DNA of 50,679 nucleotides from Patescibacteria group bacterium (GTDB lineage Bacteria; Patescibacteriota; Minisyncoccia; UBA6257; MFKM01): NCBI GenBank assembly GCA_038065115.1, contig JBBTRS010000004.1, positions 1 to 50,679 of the forward strand, read 5' to 3'. Shown piece by piece: positions 44,581 to 50,679 of this stretch (position 1 is its first letter; each line of letters starts with the position of its first letter). The notes under the pieces were generated by a model. It saw only the letters and a program-made list of their open reading frames with translations, ran no database searches and was not told where the DNA came from. The position numbers and the translations under genes were made by a program.

Positions 44581-44692
44581 AAATAGCTATAGAAAAAATT
44601 AAACGACCTTTATAGCCCCGCCTGCCGACAGGCAGGCCTATTTGCCTGCTCGTAGACAGAATTATCCTGGGTTTTGGTAGTCATTATATTAA

Positions 44693-45193
44693 TTAATTAT
44701 CGCGTGTCAAGAATTGTCTTGAGGGGTAGCGGTAAATACTTCCGGCGGCAATCGCTAAAGCCAGGGCATCGGTGACATCGTCAATTTCTTTGTCGGTGTT
44801 GGTTTTTAAGCTGTAGCCGACCATTTTGGCAACAGCTGACTTTGAAGCCCGGCCATTGCCGCTGACTATTAGCTTGGCTTCTGACGGCGAGATTTCAATC
44901 AGAGGCAATTTATTTTTTAAAATTATTAAAACCAAAACGCCCCGAGATTGACCGACTTCCAAAGCAGTTTTTTGATTATTAACAAAATAAAGCTTTTCTA
45001 GAGCAACGAGGTCGGGCCTTTCTTTTTTTAATAACAAGGAAAAAGATTTTTCCAAATCCAATAGTCTTTGGTTTTTATCTTTGGCTGAAATTTTTAACAG
45101 ACCAGACCTGATAAGCTTAAAATCGTTTTTTTCTTTTTTAATCAGCCCAAAGCCGATACGGACACTGCCCGGGTCAATGCCTAAAATTTTCAT
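44693..45193 (-). CDS. ruvC: Crossover junction endodeoxyribonuclease RuvC
   Basis: MKILGIDPGSVRIGFG N-terminus. Trimmed from the track ORF, whose 51-codon extension overlaps yebC. Confidence 0.88.
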   Translation of the reverse strand: MKILGIDPGSVRIGFGLIKKEKNDFKLIRSGLLKISAKDKNQRLLDLEKSFSLLLKKERPDLVALEKLYFVNNQKTALEVGQSRGVLVLIILKNKLPLIEISPSEAKLIVSGNGRASKSAVAKMVGYSLKTNTDKEIDDVTDALALAIAAGSIYRYPSRQFLTRDN

Positions 45194-45228
45194 AGATTTT
45201 TTTGTAATTAAGCAATTACGGCAAACAA

Positions 45229-45753
45229 TCAATCGCTGTTTGTTGCTATTTTTTGAACATCTTCTTGGTTTTCTAATACCTGGACAAGCTCGTTTAATTT
45301 GTTTTTGCCTTCTTCCGAGATTGATTGCTTGAACTTGGCTTGCCATTGGCCGTCGCTGTTTTCAAAAGCCCAGAGGATGCTTTCCGGCTCCGTGAATTTC
45401 GCGTTGTGCTCGTTGATGATATTTTTAATTTCGGGTATAGTGCGGTTTTTGTTATCGGTGACTGCTTCAATCAACAGGGCTATTCCTTCCGGTCCGTAAG
45501 CGCCGATAATCAATTCCTCCAAGTTTTTGTCTTTGGACGCGTGTTCAATCGCCCGTTTAATATTTTCTTGAGGGACGTTGTTTTCGCGGGCCTTTTCAAC
45601 GGCAGTTCGCAGGCGGGGATTGAATTGGGGATTGGGTTCCAGGCGGCTGGCGACGGCAATAGCTTTGAGCAATTTTGAAAATATCCGACCGCGTTTTTGA
45701 TCGGTGATTTCTTTTTTATGTTTTATGGTTTTGGTATGTGAATGGCCAGACAT
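45229..45753 (-). CDS. yebC: YebC/PmpR-family protein, shortened (174 aa)
   Basis: MSGHSHTKTIKHKKEITDQKRGRIFSKL...NPRLRTAVEKAR. About 60 aa shorter than typical YebC. Confidence 0.8.
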   Translation of the reverse strand: MSGHSHTKTIKHKKEITDQKRGRIFSKLLKAIAVASRLEPNPQFNPRLRTAVEKARENNVPQENIKRAIEHASKDKNLEELIIGAYGPEGIALLIEAVTDNKNRTIPEIKNIINEHNAKFTEPESILWAFENSDGQWQAKFKQSISEEGKNKLNELVQVLENQEDVQKIATNSD

Positions 45754-45811
45754 ATATCTAGAATTTAGGATATAGAATTTAGCACAGGGAATCAAGTACA
45801 AACAAAAATAA

Positions 45812-45840
45812 AACCTCTCTTTTTTGACAAAAGAGAGGTT
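45812..45840 (-). terminator. Intrinsic terminator (12-bp stem AACCTCTCTTTT / AAAAGAGAGGTT)
   Basis: Starts 6 nt after the stop of the lipoprotein gene. A T-run (TTTATTTTTG) follows on the minus strand. Confidence 0.7.
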
Positions 45841-45845
45841 GGTGT

Positions 45846-46340
45846 TTATTGGTGCTTAAATTCCGCTTTCCAAGGGACAGTTCGCAGGAAATTTCCCTGC
45901 CAACGATCAGGGTGGCCGAGCGCAGAAACAGGAAAGTATTCCATTATTACCACGTCCCCAAAACCCCTTCCCTGGTAGATTCGGAGACGGCCATCCAGGT
46001 AAACCCAGTATTCTTGTTGTCCGACAAACTCGTCAAGACCCTTGCCGTCGTATTGTCGGTAGGCGTAAGCGATAAAACTAAAGCTGCCGAAAGTCGGGCT
46101 AAGCCAGCCTAATGGCCTGATGGTTTTAATGATAACTTCATTGCCGGGTTTCAGGATGATAGAACGAGTGCCGATAGAAAAATACACATAAAACGGACTC
46201 TCGTTTCTTATAAGCACCGCTTTATAGGCTTCTCCGGCTGGGTCTGGGCCGTTTCCCTCGATCACCGTGGTCGTCGTCGCGCAACCGTTTAAAATTAAAA
46301 TCAATAATAACCAACAACTAACAATCGTCATTCTTTTCAT
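45846..46340 (-). CDS. Putative lipoprotein
   Basis: Lipobox LILNGC, with SD AAAGGAGGCGGG upstream. Confidence 0.65.
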   Translation of the reverse strand: MKRMTIVSCWLLLILILNGCATTTTVIEGNGPDPAGEAYKAVLIRNESPFYVYFSIGTRSIILKPGNEVIIKTIRPLGWLSPTFGSFSFIAYAYRQYDGKGLDEFVGQQEYWVYLDGRLRIYQGRGFGDVVIMEYFPVSALGHPDRWQGNFLRTVPWKAEFKHQ

Positions 46341-46415
46341 TTTCCCGCCTCCTTTTTAAAAATTTACTTTAATGACAAAGAGCCTGTTTTATATACAGTA
46401 CGTATTTTAAAAAAT

Positions 46416-46435
46416 TTGTCAATTATAATTGACAA
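46416..46435. promoter_or_regulatory. 20-bp perfect palindrome TTGTCAATTATAATTGACAA (candidate operator overlapping promoter elements)
   Basis: Self-complementary over all 20 nt. Contains TTGACA on both strands and a central TATAAT. Sits in the divergent intergenic region. Confidence 0.45.
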
Positions 46436-46508
46436 TAAGCATTTTTTGGGGTTTACTTAATTTAATTTTTCGTTCTTTGAAAATCAAAAAAAGAAAAAGG
46501 AGGCTGAA

Positions 46509-47642
46509 ATGACCAAAAAGAAAATTCTTTTGACTTATATTACCCCGTATTCCGGCCATCACCAGGCCAGTTTGGCGATTGAAAAGGCCCTGGACAGGCT
46601 AAGCAATAAGGTGGAAGTTCTCAATATTGATTTTTTGAGATACCTTCACCCAATCGGACGGATTATTGTGGAAAAAAGCTATTTTCAGATGTTAAAGAAA
46701 AGTCCCCAAACATGGGAATATCTTTACGACAACCCCGAGGTTTATGATCGGTTAAAAAAATGGATCAATTGGCTTGGTATTTGGAAGTATTCAAAATTGG
46801 TAAAATTGATTGAAAAATTTAATCCGGACATTATTTGTTGCGCTCAAGCCTTTCCCGCTTTGATGCTCGCTAATTTAAAGCTACACGGCTCTTTGAAGAT
46901 GGCTTTAACGCCGATTGTCGGCGTCTTTACCGATTACGTTCCGCACCGGTATTGGATCCATCAAGAAATTAATCTTTACGTCGTCCCTTCAAAGGAAGCG
47001 GGCCTGGTTTTGATGAGAAAAGGAATTAGCGAAAACCGGATTAGAAATTTCGGTATTCCAATAGACCCGAAATTTCTCATAGATCGTTTTAACAGAGAAG
47101 ACGCGTTAAGGAGGTTGGGGCTTGGCGGTTTTTTGCCGATAGTGTTGATCATGGGCGGAGGTCGTGGTTTAGGACAAATAAAAGAAATGGTTGAAGAATT
47201 GCAGACAGATTCTTTTTCGTTTCAATTGGTAGTCATTTGCGGCCGAAACAAAAAACTTAAAAAAAAATTGGAAAAAATAGCGTCCTTTCTTCGCTATCCC
47301 GCGAAAATCATCGGTTACACGGAAAACATAAATGAGTTGATGAAAATTTCTTCGGTGATTATCACCAAGCCAGGCGGTTTGACTGTCAGCGAGTGCCTCG
47401 CTTGCAAGTTGCCGATGATTTTGATCAATCCGATTCCGGGACAAGAAGCGTTCAATGCCCGATTTTTAGCGGAACATAATTTAGCGGTAATTGCTTCAAG
47501 CGAGAAAAAGGCAGCCGCTCTCACTGTTCAGTTATTGAAAGACGAAGAAGCAAGACAGCGAATGCGAATTCAGGCCAGCAACTTTAGCCGGCCCGATGCC
47601 GCTTTGATGATTGCCGACACGTTAATAAAAGGATGGGATTAA
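46509..47642 (+). CDS. Glycosyltransferase family 28 (MGDG-synthase / diacylglycerol glycosyltransferase-like)
   Basis: MGDG_synth-like N-domain and a GT28 C-domain (ITKPGGLTVSECL). SD AAAGGAGG upstream. Confidence 0.75.
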   Translation: MTKKKILLTYITPYSGHHQASLAIEKALDRLSNKVEVLNIDFLRYLHPIGRIIVEKSYFQMLKKSPQTWEYLYDNPEVYDRLKKWINWLGIWKYSKLVKLIEKFNPDIICCAQAFPALMLANLKLHGSLKMALTPIVGVFTDYVPHRYWIHQEINLYVVPSKEAGLVLMRKGISENRIRNFGIPIDPKFLIDRFNREDALRRLGLGGFLPIVLIMGGGRGLGQIKEMVEELQTDSFSFQLVVICGRNKKLKKKLEKIASFLRYPAKIIGYTENINELMKISSVIITKPGGLTVSECLACKLPMILINPIPGQEAFNARFLAEHNLAVIASSEKKAAALTVQLLKDEEARQRMRIQASNFSRPDAALMIADTLIKGWD

Positions 47643-47690
47643 AACCCATCCTTTTTCTTTTAGCTCGGAGTCGGAGTATAATAATCAATA

Positions 47691-49364
47691 ATGATTGGAA
47701 AACAAAAAGAATCCGACTTGGGGGAGTTATTGGCCAAAGAACGCCGCGAAGCTCAAGAGCGCGAAGCTCAACGCCGGGCGGCCAAGTTGGGTTTTTCTTA
47801 TATAAGCCTAATCGCCGTTCCGGTTCAGACTAAGGCTTTGCGGTTGATCAACGGGCAAGAAGCCGAAGAAGCCCGACTGGCCGCTTTTCAATTAAAAAAA
47901 AATCAGTTAAGTTTGGCGGTTTTTGACCCCGATGCCACTGATGCCAAAAAAATAATAAATAAATTAAAAGTTGACGGTTATCAGGTAGAAATTTTTATCG
48001 TTTCTCTGGAGAGCTTGGATTATGCTTGGGGTTTTTATCAATTCGTCGCGCCCGAAGCCAAAGAAATCACGGGCAAGGTGGAAATTTCCGCCAACAAGAT
48101 AAAAGAATTAACAAAAAAATTAGGCGACCTCAAAAATTTTAAAAGCCAGCTTCAAGATTTCAAAGAACCCAGGGTTTCTCAGATACTGGAGATTGTTTTA
48201 GCCGGAGCCTTGGTTAATCGGGCTTCGGATATTCATTTTGAGTCGGAGAAGGCCGGAGCCAAACTGCGTTTGCGAATAGACGGCTTGCTTTACGACCTTT
48301 ATAGCTTAACCTCCGCCGTTTACATGGCCTTGGTTTCCCGAATAAAGCTTCTTTCAAAATTAAAATTAAACATCAAAGATCAGCCGCAAGACGGCCGTTT
48401 TACCGTCAGCCTGGAAGGCGATGATATTGAAATCAGGACTTCGGTGATTCCCTCGGAATTCGGCGAAACCATTGTTTTAAGGATTTTAGACCCGGCTATC
48501 ATAAAAGTGGATTTTGAAAAATTGGGATTACGGAAGGACGACTTGGAAATCATAGAAAAGGAATTAAAACGGCCCAACGGCATGATTTTAAACACGGGGC
48601 CGACCGGTTCGGGGAAAACCACCACTCTTTACGCTTTTCTTAAAAAAACTTATCAGCCGGAAATAAAAATTATTACCATTGAAGACCCGATCGAATATCA
48701 TCTTGAGGGCATTGAGCAAACCCAGGTTAATTCTAAGGCGGGCTATGATTTCAAGAACGGTTTGCGTTCTATTTTGCGCCAAGACCCCGATATTATTTTG
48801 GTTGGAGAAATTCGCGATTTGGAAACGGCTCAAATTGCCATGCACGCGGCTTTAACCGGCCATCTTGTTTTTTCAACCCTTCACACCAACGAAGCCGTTG
48901 GCGCCATTCCCCGTTTGATTGACTTGGGCGTAAAGCCGTCGGTTATTTCTCCGGCTATCAATTTAATCATCGCCCAGCGTTTAGTGAGAAAACTCTGCCC
49001 TGTTTGCAAAAAAGAGCAAAAAATTGACGAACAATTAGCTAAAAAGATTAAAAATTTTATTAGCCGGTTGCCTTCGCGGGTGGATCGGACGGCGTTGGAT
49101 AAATTCAAGATTTTTGAATCCGGTGGCTGTCAATGGTGCGGTGGTTTGGGGTATAAGGAGAGAGTTGGGATTTTTGAACTTTTTTCAATGACTCCGGAAG
49201 CAATGGAAGTTATTGCCAAAGAAATCACCGATTCGGATTTTCAAAAATTGGCGCGGCAACAAGGCATGACCAGCATGCAAGAAGACGGCCTGATTAAAAT
49301 CCTTTTAGGTTTTACTAGCTTTGAAGAAGTAGAGAGAGCCACCGGGCCGTTAATGCTTGAATAA
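47691..49364 (+). CDS. pilB: Type II/IV secretion ATPase of the GspE/PilB family
   Basis: T2SSE N-domain, Walker A GPTGSGKTTT, Asp/His boxes, and a tetracysteine motif (CPVC...CQWC). Confidence 0.85.
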   Translation: MIGKQKESDLGELLAKERREAQEREAQRRAAKLGFSYISLIAVPVQTKALRLINGQEAEEARLAAFQLKKNQLSLAVFDPDATDAKKIINKLKVDGYQVEIFIVSLESLDYAWGFYQFVAPEAKEITGKVEISANKIKELTKKLGDLKNFKSQLQDFKEPRVSQILEIVLAGALVNRASDIHFESEKAGAKLRLRIDGLLYDLYSLTSAVYMALVSRIKLLSKLKLNIKDQPQDGRFTVSLEGDDIEIRTSVIPSEFGETIVLRILDPAIIKVDFEKLGLRKDDLEIIEKELKRPNGMILNTGPTGSGKTTTLYAFLKKTYQPEIKIITIEDPIEYHLEGIEQTQVNSKAGYDFKNGLRSILRQDPDIILVGEIRDLETAQIAMHAALTGHLVFSTLHTNEAVGAIPRLIDLGVKPSVISPAINLIIAQRLVRKLCPVCKKEQKIDEQLAKKIKNFISRLPSRVDRTALDKFKIFESGGCQWCGGLGYKERVGIFELFSMTPEAMEVIAKEITDSDFQKLARQQGMTSMQEDGLIKILLGFTSFEEVERATGPLMLE

Positions 49365-49370
49365 TTAATT

Positions 49371-50396
49371 ATGAATAAGGAGAAAAATAGCAACGAAGAT
49401 AGGAACGTTGATTTGGTTTTACGGCCGACAAATTGGTCGGAGTATGTTGGGCAGGAAAAAGTCAAAAAGAACCTCAAGATGATTATGGAAGCGGCTAAAA
49501 AAAGAGGCGAGGTTTGCGATCACTTGCTGTTTTATGGTCAGGCGGGTTTAGGCAAAACCACTCTGGCTAATTTGCTAGCTAAGGAAATGGGGACGGGTAT
49601 TAAAACCACTACCGGTCCGGCTTTGGAAAAGGCCGGAGATTTAGTCGCTATTTTGACTAATCTGGAACCCAAAGACATTCTTTTCATTGACGAGATCCAT
49701 CGGGTTAATAAATTAATTGAAGAGGTTTTTTATCCGGCAATGGAAAGCCGAAAAATTCATTTAATTGTCGGCAAGGGGCCCTCGGCTCGCAGTTTTTCTT
49801 TAGACCTTCCGCCTTTTACTTTAGTGGGGGCGACAGTCAGGGTTAGCCTGCTTTCCAATCCTTTGCGTTCGCGTTTTGGAGGCACTTTTAAACTGGATTA
49901 TTATAATTTAGAAGATATGGAAAAAATCATTCAACGCTCGGCTCGGTTGCTGGGAGTGGGATTAGACGCCCCGGCTTTAAAAATGCTGGCAAAGGCTTCG
50001 CGTTTTACGCCCCGGGTGGCCAATCGTCTTTTGAAGAGGGCTCGGGATTTCGCCGAAGTTTATTCTCAAGGAAAAATCAACGAAGAGGTCGTCGTAAAAA
50101 CCTTGGCTATGCTGGAAATTGACGAAACGGGGCTTGAGGCCAACGACCGGCGTTTATTGGAGATTATTATTGAAAAATTCAATGGCGGGCCGGTCGGTTT
50201 GAAAAATTTAGCGGCCAGTTTGAGCGAAGACGTCGGAACAATTGAAGAAGTCTACGAGCCTTATCTAATGAGCATTGGTTTTTTAAACCGAACCTCGGCT
50301 GGCCGCGTCGCCACCCAAGCGGCTTACGAATATTTGAAAATTTCCGCCCGAGGCGGATCCGCTTTTAGCGGAAAAAATAAGGGGTTAGGGGTTTAA
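49371..50396 (+). CDS. ruvB: Holliday junction branch-migration ATPase RuvB
   Basis: LRPTNWSEYVGQEKVK, Walker A GQAGLGKTTLA, Walker B ILFIDEIHR. Confidence 0.92.
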   Translation: MNKEKNSNEDRNVDLVLRPTNWSEYVGQEKVKKNLKMIMEAAKKRGEVCDHLLFYGQAGLGKTTLANLLAKEMGTGIKTTTGPALEKAGDLVAILTNLEPKDILFIDEIHRVNKLIEEVFYPAMESRKIHLIVGKGPSARSFSLDLPPFTLVGATVRVSLLSNPLRSRFGGTFKLDYYNLEDMEKIIQRSARLLGVGLDAPALKMLAKASRFTPRVANRLLKRARDFAEVYSQGKINEEVVVKTLAMLEIDETGLEANDRRLLEIIIEKFNGGPVGLKNLAASLSEDVGTIEEVYEPYLMSIGFLNRTSAGRVATQAAYEYLKISARGGSAFSGKNKGLGV

Positions 50397-50404
50397 GTTT
50401 TATC

Positions 50405-50611
50405 AAAAACTTTTCCCCGCCAGCAAATTTCCGCTCGGATAAATTATCCTCGTTCCTCGTCAGAAATTGACGGAAAATGGCGAACTCAACCAATCTTACG
50501 AGGTTAAACCTCGTAAGATTGGGATTCAAACAGCGCCATTTTCCTATTTCTTTCCTTCTCACTCGGTAATTTATCACCTCGCTTCAACAGGCTGGCTAAG
50601 GAAAAGTTTTT
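50405..50611. other. 207-nt long imperfect inverted repeat / nested-hairpin element
   Basis: Perfect stems: 12 bp (50405..50416 / 50600..50611), GCCAGC/GCTGGC, GATAAATTA/TAATTTATC, 11 bp (50472..50482 / 50534..50544), and a 14-bp apical hairpin (50490..50503 / 50509..50522). Confidence 0.5.
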
Positions 50612-50679
50612 AATAGACGGTATATTTAGTCCGTTCAACAAGTAAGCGCAACACTTCTGGTAGAATAGAAGTGTATGAA

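Noticed and set aside
45194-45346. 51-codon N-terminal extension of RuvC in the ORF track.
   Set aside because: It overlaps the yebC 3' end. The canonical RuvC N-terminus, MKILGIDPG, begins at the internal ATG at 45193.
1-50679. Scan for CRISPR arrays, rRNA genes, transposases or integrases, toxin-antitoxin pairs and retron- or DGR-like elements.
   Set aside because: I found no regularly spaced direct repeats, no rRNA signatures, no DDE or tyrosine/serine recombinase motifs and no reverse-transcriptase motifs in any long ORF.

Overview
This 50.7-kb window reads as a chromosomal segment from a small-genome, fairly AT-rich bacterium. Gene content and architecture resemble Candidate Phyla Radiation / Patescibacteria, but that assignment is inference only. 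The backbone is housekeeping and spans the replication-origin neighbourhood: jag-yidC-rpmH sits divergent from dnaA-dnaN. Other backbone genes are nusA, tRNA-Glu, a histidine kinase, plsC, an orphan receiver, rpsO-NYN-pnp, a traR/dksA-like gene, comM, an M23/LysM peptidase, murD, rsmA, a class A PBP, tyrS, yebC-ruvC, a GT28 glycosyltransferase, pilB and ruvB. Two accessory blocks stand out. (1) About 3.8-12.8 kb is a visibly more AT-rich island: roughly 30% GC on spot-checked lines against 40-50% in the backbone. It carries peptide-modification genes: a Cx8Cx2C radical-SAM-like enzyme, two GNATs, an RRE-rSAM-SPASM maturase, an S9A prolyl oligopeptidase, two APH-type kinases and a decayed S51-peptidase remnant. 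It also holds two mini-ORFs below the ORF-track cutoff that have strong SD sites and intrinsic terminators. One is a 37-aa peptide ending in CMCCDQQD, directly downstream of the rSAM-SPASM gene. The other is a 21-aa peptide convergent with the oligopeptidase. The island looks modular, because one cassette is bracketed by a 24-bp exact direct repeat and another by a 153-bp exact direct repeat. (2) About 24.7-36.5 kb is a tightly packed operon encoding a minimal T4SS-like apparatus (VirB6/TrbL-like, PrgI/VirB3-like, VirB4, VirB2-type pilin, several secreted or membrane unknowns). No relaxase, coupling protein or integrase is visible. The operon is interrupted by a truncated GxxExxY nuclease gene, and its pilin gene carries an in-frame 81-bp hairpin-repeat insertion in the signal peptide. 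Two large nested inverted-repeat elements (about 36.57-36.71 kb and 50.41-50.61 kb) and a 20-bp perfect palindrome in a divergent promoter region are not explained by coding features. No rRNA, CRISPR array, transposase or integrase was seen.
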